DNA of 64,000 nucleotides, taken from an uncultured Chthonomonadaceae bacterium. GTDB taxonomy: Bacteria; Armatimonadota; Chthonomonadetes; Chthonomonadales; Chthonomonadaceae. The stretch lies in NCBI GenBank assembly GCA_963835065.1, contig CAWIEK010000002.1:175248-239247 (forward strand), in the 5' to 3' direction. Below are positions 9,951-19,787 of this stretch, piece after piece. The position numbers were made by a program, and so were the translations under genes. The notes beneath the pieces were generated by a model. It was given only the letters and a program-made list of their open reading frames with translations. It was not told the DNA's origin and searched no databases. Position 1 is the stretch's first letter; every line of letters starts with the position of its first letter.

Positions 9951-10403
9951 TCAAACATTCGCCGTCAGATATTCCTGCGAGTAGTCTTTGGCAAGTCCCC
10001 ATTCGCCGTTGGTCACGAAGTCGCGCATCAGGCCGGTGGCGATGGTGGTGGTGCAAAGCGTGGTGATGCCCAACTGACGGTAGCGGTCGGCGCGGACGGG
10101 GTCGTAAATACGCGCAATGACTGTTTTGACCTGAAATACATGCTGCGCGATCTGCGCCGCCATGATATTGCGGTTATCGCCTTGCGACACGGCGATGAAA
10201 ACGTTTGCGTTTTCAATGCCTGCTCGCCTCAACACATCTTCATCAATACCGTTGCCGACGATGCGATTGCCCCGGAATTTGGTTCCCAAACGCCGAAACG
10301 ATTCACTCTGCAAATCTATGATGGTAACGTTATGGCCTTCGCGGTGCATCAGGCGCGCAAACGTGGAGCCGACGCGCCCGCAGCCCAGAATGACAATGTT
10401 CAT
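9951..10403 (-). CDS. trkA: TrkA family protein (TrkA-N only)
   Basis: MNIVILGCGRVG, DEDVLRRAGIE, GDNRN, IARIYDP. Confidence 0.88.
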   Translation of the reverse strand: MNIVILGCGRVGSTFARLMHREGHNVTIIDLQSESFRRLGTKFRGNRIVGNGIDEDVLRRAGIENANVFIAVSQGDNRNIMAAQIAQHVFQVKTVIARIYDPVRADRYRQLGITTLCTTTIATGLMRDFVTNGEWGLAKDYSQEYLTANV

Positions 10404-10801
10404 GGTTTCGTCCTCTCGTTTCACTTCAGGCGGAAACAGCGACGCCCGCTTGAAGATGCTTTCTAGTATACACCAAACGGCGCATAACGATAATGCCCGC
10501 GAAGTATGGTTGTATACCCCACGCAAACCGAACTTTCCTGCTTTTTCGCGCTTTTCTGATTTCAATTGGGTAAAATACGGGTGGCGAAGCGATTGTATCC
10601 GTTATCCATGCCGGATGTTCGTCTCGGAAAAGGCTTGTCTTGCGGTCAAAACAATGGTAAATCTGTTCAGACAAGCGCCATTGCAAGCGAGGAAGATGCA
10701 GAGAAGCGTTTGTTACGCCGATACTCAACTACCGGAAACATGAACCCTAAAACCCTAAAACCTTAACTACCTGAAACCCTGAATTCACGAGAGGAACGCT
10801 T

Positions 10802-11371
10802 GTGCGCAACCCGAAGAACCATCCCCACCTGCTTCACGCCGATAGCGCCGTACTGGTTGTCGTAGATATGCAGGAGCCGTTTTTACGCGGCATTTATGAA
10901 CAGCAGCGCGTCGTGGACAATGTTCGCGCCTTGATGCAGGGCGCGAATGTGCTGCGCGTACCCATCATCGGAACCACGCAATATGCCGAGAAAATGGGAG
11001 ACGTGATTGAACCCGTACGGAGCCTGCTGCCGACGCAATTGCCGCCCTTCGACAAACTGACGTTCAGCGGCATGGGATCGCCCGCGTTTGCGTCCGAACT
11101 GAGGCGCGCGGGGCGTCGGCAAGTGCTGCTGTGCGGCGTGGAGGCGCATATCTGTATCAGCCAGACCGCCCACGACATGCAGGCGGCAGACTATCAAGTC
11201 CATGTCGTTACGGATGCCACCTCCTCGCGCTCGGAAGCCAACTGGCGATTAGGGCTGGAAAAAATGCGCGCGGGTCGCATCCTGCTCACGTCCGTCGAAA
11301 TGGCGCTTTACGAATTGCTGCACGAGGCCGGTACGCAGGATTTCCGCGACATACTAAAAATCGTTAAGTAA
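10802..11371 (+). CDS. Isochorismatase family hydrolase (YcaC-like)
   Basis: LVVVDMQE, KLTFS, LCGVEAHICISQT. Confidence 0.9.
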   Translation: MRNPKNHPHLLHADSAVLVVVDMQEPFLRGIYEQQRVVDNVRALMQGANVLRVPIIGTTQYAEKMGDVIEPVRSLLPTQLPPFDKLTFSGMGSPAFASELRRAGRRQVLLCGVEAHICISQTAHDMQAADYQVHVVTDATSSRSEANWRLGLEKMRAGRILLTSVEMALYELLHEAGTQDFRDILKIVK

Positions 11372-11473
11372 TCGTCCGTTGGCTCAGGCATTTCATTCAT
11401 AGGGATTAAGCCTGAGCCGGTAAATACGTACAAAAGCCACCTTCAACCGGCGAGCCAGGTAGATACAGGGTTC

Positions 11474-11746
11474 TCAGTGCAAAAAGTCGCCTTTGGGCCG
11501 ATCCTTTGGCGGCGGTGGCGGTGGTGGTGCGCCTTCTTCCAGATCATCGAGGGGCATCGTGTCCAGCAAGTAGGTGACAAGGGCATCCTCCGCAACCTCT
11601 TTTTTGGAGGTCAGCCGCAGCAGTTCCAGCGCGCGGGGGTCATCTTCCGCACCGAACAATTCGCGCAGCAACCCCATCAGATTGTCGCTCGCCTGGCGAA
11701 GCGAATCCTCCAGGCGCTCCAACTCCTTATCCATGTGTCTTCCCAT
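11474..11746 (-). CDS. Hypothetical protein
   Basis: 90 aa ORF with a Pro-rich tail; start may be the second Met. Confidence 0.5.
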   Translation of the reverse strand: MGRHMDKELERLEDSLRQASDNLMGLLRELFGAEDDPRALELLRLTSKKEVAEDALVTYLLDTMPLDDLEEGAPPPPPPPKDRPKGDFLH

Positions 11747-12184
11747 AATGATATGTCGCTGTAAAATCTAAAAAGCCAGAAGGCCGCGTATAGAGTAATT
11801 AGGTGTGAAATCTTTCTGCTATAAGAAGGCGTAGAGTATCAAAGGGCGTAGGATGATTTGTATCGGCGGTTTAGACTGCATATCCACCTGATTTTTTACG
11901 GCGAATTCTTCTATCCGTTCCTTTACTGTTTACGCGGCAATAAGTTCCTAAAATCTGCCGTTTCTCCACGCATCTGTCATTCTTCTCAGCCTCCATCTGT
12001 CATAAATGTGTTGTTTCTATGGGACTTCACCCCGTCCTGACGTGTGACGCCTTGCTGTCTGAGCGCGTATAGAAATTCAGGATGAAGAGAGAAGATATTA
12101 GGCATCAGGCAAGAAGACAGAAGACAGAAGACAGAAGCCCAACACCCGACACCCGACACCCTTTTTCATATCAGGATAACGAAC

Positions 12185-13054
12185 GTGGCAACTTACGGCA
12201 GCAAAAAAGACGTGGATGTGGAAGCGGATTTGCATGGCCTGACGGCGGAGCAGATGCGCGTGACCCTGCAGCAGCAATGGCCGAAATGGCAAGGCAAGCA
12301 GGCGGTGCGGATTATACACGGGCAGGGAACCGTTTTGCGGCCCGAAGTGGAGCGGTGGTGCCGGGAAATGGGAATTCCTGTTTCCATTGATCCGGGCAAT
12401 CCGGGCGCGCTGAAAATTTACCCGCGCGAGCGCCATGCGCCGGGCAGCCAGTCCCCCATCACTTTTGGAACCAGCCTGCGCGACAAGGGCTTGCGCCTGA
12501 CGCCCGAACAGGAAGCGCAATTGCGCGACCCGCAGGCAATGGAACGGCTTCGGCGCGCAGAGCAGCAAAAGCGCGAAGCCGAAATCCGCAAAAAGCGCGA
12601 GGACGAGGCCACCCGCCGCGCGCAGCAAAAGCGCGACGAAGATTTGTGGCAGATGGAAATGGCGCGGCTGGACAAGATGGAACAGAAGCGTTCGGGCGCA
12701 TTGCCCGAAGACACCAAACCCACTGCGCCCAGGATCGTGCCCCCCTCCGTGATGAAAGCGCAGGAAGGCTTGTGGCGCGGCGAACTCGTGCGGGTGGCCG
12801 ACACGGACGAGGACACGCTCACCACGCAAAAGCGCACGGGATTGGACAAACTCGCGCCGCCTATGCCGGAAAGTAGGGAACAGGGAACAGGGAACAGGGA
12901 ACAGGAAGCCGCGCAGCAGCGCGCGCTTACGCCGCTGGAAAAAGCGCGGCTGCGGCAGCCCAAACGTGACAATGAGGCGGATCAAGATTTGTTCGAGGCG
13001 GAATTGGAGCGGTTGTTCGATCCCGATGCCGCCGATTTCCGCCGCCGAACCTGA
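12185..13054 (+). CDS. Smr/MutS2 domain protein with coiled-coil extension
   Basis: DLHGLT, IIHGQG..L, NPGAL. Confidence 0.8.
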   Translation: MATYGSKKDVDVEADLHGLTAEQMRVTLQQQWPKWQGKQAVRIIHGQGTVLRPEVERWCREMGIPVSIDPGNPGALKIYPRERHAPGSQSPITFGTSLRDKGLRLTPEQEAQLRDPQAMERLRRAEQQKREAEIRKKREDEATRRAQQKRDEDLWQMEMARLDKMEQKRSGALPEDTKPTAPRIVPPSVMKAQEGLWRGELVRVADTDEDTLTTQKRTGLDKLAPPMPESREQGTGNREQEAAQQRALTPLEKARLRQPKRDNEADQDLFEAELERLFDPDAADFRRRT

Positions 13055-13136
13055 ACATAAAGAAAAACCTCAAGGAGAGATAAGAACCGCCAAACACGCG
13101 AACTAAACGAAAAAGACAAAAGAAGAACACGATAAG

Positions 13137-13710
13137 GCGGACGGATTGCAACCAGAAGACTTACCCGGCACAGACCCGAACACGTTGCCCTACTTCATCA
13201 CCGAAGCGCAAACGGGACCGCAGAGTTCCCGCGCGCTTTGAGCCGCTGACACTACAGGACACAGCGGAACTTAACAACGAGGATTGGGAAAACGCCGTGT
13301 TCAAACATGTCTGGCCGCAATTATTAACGGATGAGAACACGTTCAAGTTGGTACGTGTGTCTTCGACAGACACGCGCATTCAAGGAGTGGCACACGTCGG
13401 CAGCGTACTATGGGCGGGAGGATTGCTCGAAAAGAGCCTGCTGGAAGCTGCGCCGTTCAACTTGCGCGGTCAGCCCATGCAGGCATACCGGGGCGCAGGC
13501 CGGACGCTTGTGGCGCGTCTGGTTGTTGAAAGCATCCTGCAAGGCGGGCAGGGCAGAGTAGGCGTTGTTCCTCGCCCCGGCTCAGAAGCATTTTATCAAA
13601 AGCTTGGGTTTCAGCCCGGTAAAATATTTCGGTTGAGTTCGACAAATGCGCAGGCGCTGCTGCAAACGGCGTTATTGCCGGCGATGGGAACGCAGGAGGA
13701 GACAGAATGA
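13137..13710 (+). pseudogene. GNAT-like acetyltransferase, array copy A (GCG where paralogs have GTG; 1-bp insertion near 13218)
   Basis: Paralog of 15346..15909; LLEAAPFN, YRGAGRTLVARL, AFYQKLGF. The indel may be an assembly error. Confidence 0.7.
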
Positions 13711-13961
13711 ACACCCCGGAACAACAAATGCGAACCGAACGCGCGCTTCAGCAGGCGCGTGACCTGATACGGCAGGAGTGGCTTGCGGCAGGCAAAACGA
13801 AAGCACAATTAGACCAAGAGGAACAACTTCTCGCGCTTTATAGCCGCCTGCTGAGTTCAGGACGTTCCGAGGATGAGGTTGATGCCGAATGGGAACACAA
13901 AACGCCGGAAGAAATCCTGCGCGAGTACGCCCCGCTCGTTCCTGTGCTGCACAGCGCGTAA
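13707..13961 (+). CDS. Small helical partner protein, copy A
   Basis: AGGAG SD; ATGA overlap with the GNAT; W..G...LD...SGRS...EWEHKTPEEILREYA pattern shared with two paralogs. Confidence 0.8.
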   Translation: MNTPEQQMRTERALQQARDLIRQEWLAAGKTKAQLDQEEQLLALYSRLLSSGRSEDEVDAEWEHKTPEEILREYAPLVPVLHSA

Positions 13962-13985
13962 GAACAAACTACGCTCGGCTACAAG

Positions 13986-14568
13986 GTGAACGGATTGCAA
14001 CCAGAAGACTTGCCCGGTACTGAACCCGAACACACTGCCTTATCTCGTTACGGAAGTGCAGACACAGCGTGTTGTTCCTGTGCGCTTTGAAGCCTTGACA
14101 CCGGCAGATACGCCTGAACTCAACAATGAGGATTGGGCGCAAGCGGTATTTGCTCCTGTCTGGCAGCACCTCGTCGGCGTAGAAGGTGTCTTCAAACTGG
14201 CGCGAGTAGATGCGCAGGACAAGCGCATCTAGGGATTAGTTCATTTAGGCCTGCTTGATGGCAGATTTCTCAGACAGAGTTTATTGGAAACGGCTCCTTT
14301 TAACCGCAATAGGGGCGTACTACGTGATTACAAAAGGGTTGGGCGCGTATTGGTGGCGCGTCTGGTAGTGGAAAGTGTCCTGTTGGGCGGGCAGGGTCGC
14401 GTAGCAGTGGAACCGCGAACAGGAACTGAAACATTCTATGAGGCGCTCGGTTTCGCGGCAACTTCTCCTGACAGCCGACATTATATCCTGAGTGCAGAAC
14501 ATGCTCGGAATTTACTGCAAACAGTCTGGCATAATCCAGAGGTGAATGGAGGTCACAATGAACAATGA
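13986..14568 (+). pseudogene. GNAT-like acetyltransferase, array copy B (1-bp insertion near 14023; in-frame TAG at 14230)
   Basis: GTG start; LLETAPFN, YKRVGRVLVARL, FYEALGF; TAG sits where the paralogs have Gln (RIQG). Confidence 0.75.
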
Positions 14569-14803
14569 AGAACAACAGATGAGAGCGGAACAAGCCCGAC
14601 GCATGGCGAAGAAAATCATAGAGGATAGTTGGCTGGCAACGGGAGTAACGCAGCAGGAACTGGATCGAGACGAGCAAGTTATGCAGGTTTTCAGCCGCTT
14701 AGTAGCCTCTGGACGTTCCGAAGAGGACATTATTGTGGAGTGGAAGCATAAATCAGCAGAGGAAATTCTGCGCGCGTACGCTATATTTGTACCTGCAAAC
14801 TGA
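14558..14803 (+). CDS. Small helical partner protein, copy B
   Basis: GGAGG SD; paralog of 13707..13961. Confidence 0.8.
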   Translation: MNNEEQQMRAEQARRMAKKIIEDSWLATGVTQQELDRDEQVMQVFSRLVASGRSEEDIIVEWKHKSAEEILRAYAIFVPAN

Positions 14804-14812
14804 TGCACCGCT

Positions 14813-15268
14813 ATGAATCAACTCAATTCTGAACAAAAGAAACTTCTTAAACGCCGGGGAGCCGATTTGAAGAAGTTTGTCGCTGATGCTTTCCCGTGCA
14901 TTGGGGAGTTGCTTGCTCGTATCGGAGCCGATAATCAGTATAGTATCCAAGTTGATCTGGAACGGGTTTTGTCTGTTGTAGACACATGGTTTTCTGACTT
15001 TGAGTTTTCTGAACTTGATAGTCAGGATTTCGTATGGATCCAAACTCGCCTCATGTAATTGATTGGAGAAGTTTTCATTATTCGTTATGGTGGACGATGG
15101 GAAGTGCAGTGGGATTCTGAAGCGGATTTCTTCGGACATTACATAATCAGCGTGTTTCAGAATGTGCTGCCCACTACCACGCTGCTCTCTCCCGCGTATG
15201 TTGCACTCAACTACATGCATGAGCCATTGGGACGCAGTTCTGTTTTTGAGAATAGAACGAATACGTGA
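14813..15268 (+). pseudogene. Hypothetical protein interrupted by an in-frame TAA (15056-15058)
   Basis: Two abutting same-frame ORFs read RLM*LIGEVFIIRYGGRW; AT-rich. Confidence 0.55.
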
Positions 15269-15345
15269 GCAGGCGATTTCAGAGGGAGTACAATTTAATT
15301 TTAAATATAAATGAAATTAAATAAACATAAGAACGACGCGACAAG

Positions 15346-15909
15346 GTGAACCGATTGCAACCAGAAGACTTGCCGGGTACGAACCCGAACACGCTGCCCT
15401 GCTTCATCACCGAAACGCAAACGGGACGCAGAGTTCCCGCGCGCTTTGAGCCGCTGACTTGGCAGGACACGGCGGAATTGAACAATGAAGATTGGACGCA
15501 GGCTGCCTTTGCACCAACATGGCTTCAACTTGTTCACAATGAACACGTTTATAAACTTATGCGCGTAGAAGAGCAAGATAGGCGAATTCAGGGACTAATT
15601 CATGTCGGCGTGGTTGTCCCCGGAATAACCTATCTGGCAAACAGCTTGCTTGAAGCCGCGCCTTTTAACCAGCGTCATAAGAACTTGCGGGAGTACATTG
15701 GCGTTGGGCGTGTTTTGGTAGCACGGCTGTCTGCCGAGAGTGTTAAGCAGGGTATGCAAGGCCGCGTTTTGGTGCATCCACGTTCAGGAACGGAAGGGTT
15801 TTACACAGCATTGGGGTTCTATGCTTTGCCGCCGCGAAAGCGCAATTATGTTCTCGACGAGGAACCCGCAGCAACATTGCTTCAATCCGTTTGCCTGAAA
15901 CCAAGTTAG
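15346..15909 (+). CDS. GNAT-like acetyltransferase, array copy C (intact)
   Basis: LLEAAPFN; YIGVGRVLVARL resembles motif A; GFYTALGF resembles motif B. Confidence 0.8.
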   Translation: MNRLQPEDLPGTNPNTLPCFITETQTGRRVPARFEPLTWQDTAELNNEDWTQAAFAPTWLQLVHNEHVYKLMRVEEQDRRIQGLIHVGVVVPGITYLANSLLEAAPFNQRHKNLREYIGVGRVLVARLSAESVKQGMQGRVLVHPRSGTEGFYTALGFYALPPRKRNYVLDEEPAATLLQSVCLKPS

Positions 15910-15968
15910 CCCAAACGGGAAGCTATGGACGTTACATCTGTCTGTATTGTCAGAAAGGAGAAATTAGC

Positions 15969-16190
15969 ATGGAAAGCAGAGAAGATCAAGCCACCCGCGC
16001 TCTTCAAATGGCAAGAGAAATGATGGATCAGGAATGGATTGCCACTGGCGTTACGAGAGAAGAATTAGATCAGGACAGACAACTGGCGCAGTTGTTTGAC
16101 AAACTGGTGACGGGCGGACGTTCCAGTAAAGACATCGTTGCGGAATGGGAACACAAAACGCCGGAAGAAATTCTGCGCGAGTACGCCTAG
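15969..16190 (+). CDS. Small helical partner protein, copy C
   Basis: AAGGAG SD; paralog of copies A and B. Confidence 0.8.
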   Translation: MESREDQATRALQMAREMMDQEWIATGVTREELDQDRQLAQLFDKLVTGGRSSKDIVAEWEHKTPEEILREYA

Positions 16191-16201
16191 TGGATCAGGC
16201 C

Positions 16202-16393
16202 ATGCCGCTCGATGAGCGCCTGCAATACCGCCTCCACCTTATTATAGACCAACTTGTTCGCGGCATCGCAGTAAATGCGCCTTTGTCGTTCACGCTGCAA
16301 TTCGAGAATGGATACGCGCTGACCATTTATGATCACGAGAAGCAGTACGAGTGCTTTTCCATACATACAGACGGTCGTTCCTACTACATCTGA
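16202..16393 (+). CDS. Small hypothetical protein or 5'-truncated fragment
   Basis: Protein-like beta-rich sequence (LQFENGYALTIYD...YECFSI) directly after partner C. Confidence 0.4.
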   Translation: MPLDERLQYRLHLIIDQLVRGIAVNAPLSFTLQFENGYALTIYDHEKQYECFSIHTDGRSYYI

Positions 16394-16650
16394 AACCAAG
16401 CCGCAGTTTGATGCAAATGCCACGCCCAACCAATTGTTGCAGCGGACAGACTCCATTTGATGCCCTGAACAAACCAAAACTGGGCAGGCCTGCCCGCCGT
16501 TACTGGAGCATTGAACCGGCCCGTAAATATCTTTACCATCCCGCCTGATAAGAGGTCAGACGGGTATCTTTTTGCCTCTCCGATGGCTCTGTTTGTGGTA
16601 CACTATACAACCAATGTCTACTATGTTTGGGAGTCGGGGAGGACGTGAAC

Positions 16651-18748
16651 ATGGGCGAGTTTCAACTGATTTCGGACTATACTCCGGGCGGCGATCAACC
16701 CGTTGCCATTGACAAACTGGCGCAGGGCATCCGCGACGGCAAGAAGTTCCAGACGCTTTTGGGAGCGACGGCCACCGGGAAAACGTTTACGGCAGCCCAA
16801 ATCATTCAAAAAGTGCAGCGGCCTACCCTCGTCATGGCGCACAACAAGACGCTCGCCGCCCAACTCTGCTCCGAGTTCCGCGAGTTCTTTCCCAACAACG
16901 CCGTCGAATTCTTCGTGTCCTACTACGACTACTATCAGCCCGAAGCCTACATTCCCGCAAACCGACACCTACATCGAAAAAGACAGCCAGGTCAACGACG
17001 AAATCAACCGGCTAAGGCACAGCGCCACCCAAAGCCTCCTCGAACGCCGGGACGTGATTGTCGTCTCCTCCGTCTCCTGCATCTACGGGCTTGGCTCTCC
17101 CGACGAGTATAAAGAAATTGTCCTCGCCTTCAAGCGCGGCGAACCCTACGACCGCGAGGACGCCCTCCGCCGCCTGATAGACATGCAGTTCACCCGCAAC
17201 AACATGGAACTCACGCGCGGCACGTTCCGCGTCCGCGGCGACACCCTCGAAATTCAGCCCGCCGATGAGGAAATCGTCATTCGCGTCGAGTTCTTCGGCG
17301 ACGATGTGGAGAAAATCACGCTTGCCGACCCGCTCACCGGCGAACTCATCGGGACGCGGGATACCATTACCGTGTTTTCCGCCAGCCACTTCGTCACGTC
17401 CAAAGCGCGGCTGGAAAAAGCCATCATTGAAATCGAAGCCGAAATGATGGAGCAGGTTGCCTATTTCCGGCGCAATCAGCAACTCTTGGAAGCGCAGCGC
17501 ATCGAGCAGCGCACCCGCTTCGACATCGAAATGATGAAGGAACTCGGCTACTGCTCCGGCATCGAAAACTACAGCCGCTTCATGGACGGACGGACGCCCG
17601 GTTCCGCGCCCTACACCCTGCTCGACTACTTTCCCAAAGACTTTCTCCTCGTCGTGGACGAAAGCCACCAAACCCTGCCGCAGATACGCGGCATGTACAA
17701 CGGCGACAAAGCGCGTAAAGAAACCCTTATCAACTACGGGTTCCGCCTGCCCTCCGCAGCCGACAACCGGCCCCTGAAATGGCACGAATTTGAAGAGCGC
17801 CTGAACCAGACGATCTTTGTTTCCGCCACGCCCGGCCCCTACGAAAAAGAACACAGCGAGCAGGTTGTGGAGCAAATCATTCGCCCCACCGGACTCGTAG
17901 ACCCGCAAATCATCGTGCGCCCCACCAAAGGCCAGATTGACGACCTGATCGAAGAGATACGCAAGCGGGTGGAAAAAGAGGAGCGCGTCCTCGTCACCAC
18001 GCTCACCAAAAAGATGGCGGAAGACCTGACCGAGTATCTGGAAGACCTCAAAATGAAGGTCAACTATCTGCACAGCGACATCAAGACGATGGAACGCACG
18101 GAAATCCTGCGCAACCTCCGGCTCGGCGTCCATGACGTGCTTGTCGGCATCAACCTCCTGCGCGAAGGCTTGGACTTGCCGGAAGTCACCCTTGTCGCCA
18201 TTCTGGACGCCGACAAAGAAGGCTTCCTCCGCTCCGAAACCAGCCTCATCCAAACCATCGGACGCGCCGCCCGCAACGTCGGCGGCGAAGTCATCATGTA
18301 CGCCGACAACCTGACGGGCAGCATGGAACGCGCCATTGACGAAACCAACCGCCGCCGCGACAAGCAACTCGCCTACAACAAAGAACACAACATCACGCCG
18401 CAAACCGTCCGCAAGGCCGTGCGCGACCTGATTATGGCCGAGCGCGTCGCCGAAGAAAAGAACGACTACAGCACCCAAAACGCCAGCGCCCGCCTCAAAG
18501 CCGACCCCGCCACCATGAGCCTCAGCCAAATAGAGGAAGTCATCGGGCAACTGGAAAAGGAGATGAAAGACGCCGCCCGCGCCCTCAACTTCGAGTACGC
18601 CGCGGAACTGCGCGACGAAGTAAACGCCCTGCGCAAACTCGCCCCCAAAAGCAGCGTCGGGCAGGATGCAGGCACATCCGCGTTGGGCAAAGACAAGGCG
18701 CTGTATGGGGCCGGCAATAAGGCAAAGAGCGGCAGGGCAAAGAAGTAA
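16651..18748 (+). CDS. uvrB: Excinuclease ABC subunit B (apparent 1-bp frameshift near 16955)
   Basis: [49 protein letters not shown]-terminal UVR domain; GGAGG SD. Confidence 0.97.
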
Positions 18749-18836
18749 CTGCTGCGCGTTCTAAAGAGGGAAAGACAGGGCTTCTGCTGCCAATGTTCTC
18801 CCTTCGCATGTCAGGTATCTACCAAAAGGTTAAAAT

Positions 18837-19670
18837 ATGTCTCAATCTCATAGAGATCAATGTAATATGCTGGATGAACCTTTAACCGTACAATCATTTT
18901 CGGATGGCTTTTGCTACGAGTTGAAAAATACGTCATTTTATCAGACAAACAACTACTTATGGATATGTCCAATGAAAGAGATATACATCAAGAAGCCGAC
19001 GACGCATGCGTTGGATTATCAAAGAGATTTTCTATTCCATGGAATTAACAGTCATCAGGTGGAAGGTAAGCCTTACTGGTCTACGAATTCACCCATCCGT
19101 AACCCTGCCGGCATAGAACTGGGTTCAAGATTTGATGAGGCTCTGGAAGCATTCCCGGAATTGAAGGCAGTTCTCTCTGCCTGGCAAGTATGGGAGGCTG
19201 ATGTCAATGAAGAGCAAATGCGATTATTTACTCATTATTTACTTCTGCATCGTCTGCATTATCAACAAATCAAAGCCATTGGATCTGTGCATATTCCTGA
19301 TGCAAGGTTCGTCTTTTTGCGTTCTACTAAACGAACTCGAAGGTTCGTTATCTTCGGTCAGATACAGATTGAAACAGAATTGTCACCAGTGATTATTCAA
19401 AGAACCATCCATGGTACGCCGCTAATGGATATGTACGACCCTGGAATCGGAGGAATTGTGAGCAAATGGCAACAATACATGCCTGAGATTTCGAAACAAT
19501 TGAACTCTATTATCCACTCTGATTACTTTGATTGGAATCCTGCCAATTTCATTTTTGTAAAAGATGTCCAGCAGCTTTACTACATTGATTCAAAGCCTAC
19601 AACTTTTTCGTCTCGCGCCGTCAACCAACATAACCTGGATGGCATCCGTAAGTTCTTTCTAATCTACTGA
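18837..19670 (+). CDS. AT-rich hypothetical protein with a kinase-like C-terminal motif
   Basis: 277 aa ORF; DWNPANFIF...LYYID resembles a catalytic loop. Confidence 0.55.
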   Translation: MSQSHRDQCNMLDEPLTVQSFSDGFCYELKNTSFYQTNNYLWICPMKEIYIKKPTTHALDYQRDFLFHGINSHQVEGKPYWSTNSPIRNPAGIELGSRFDEALEAFPELKAVLSAWQVWEADVNEEQMRLFTHYLLLHRLHYQQIKAIGSVHIPDARFVFLRSTKRTRRFVIFGQIQIETELSPVIIQRTIHGTPLMDMYDPGIGGIVSKWQQYMPEISKQLNSIIHSDYFDWNPANFIFVKDVQQLYYIDSKPTTFSSRAVNQHNLDGIRKFFLIY

Positions 19671-19787
19671 CCTCCGTAATTATTGACGCAGCCTGAATAT
19701 TCGTGTCAACTGTGTTTGCCCCAACCCCATTCTTCCCCAACGCTCACAGCCACAATCCAGCAAAAAAGACAGAAAAAAGAGCAAAAT

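Noticed and set aside
12019..12052. ATGGGACTTCACCCCGTCCTGACGTGTGACGCC as a fourth copy of the mini-ORF element
   Set aside because: Only patchy similarity; no SD, promoter motif or conserved tail.
14230..14232. Amber recoding in GNAT B
   Set aside because: A single C-to-T change from a Gln codon; TAG is used as a normal stop elsewhere in the window.
16940..16970. Programmed frameshift in uvrB
   Set aside because: No slippery site, and similar indels occur throughout the window.
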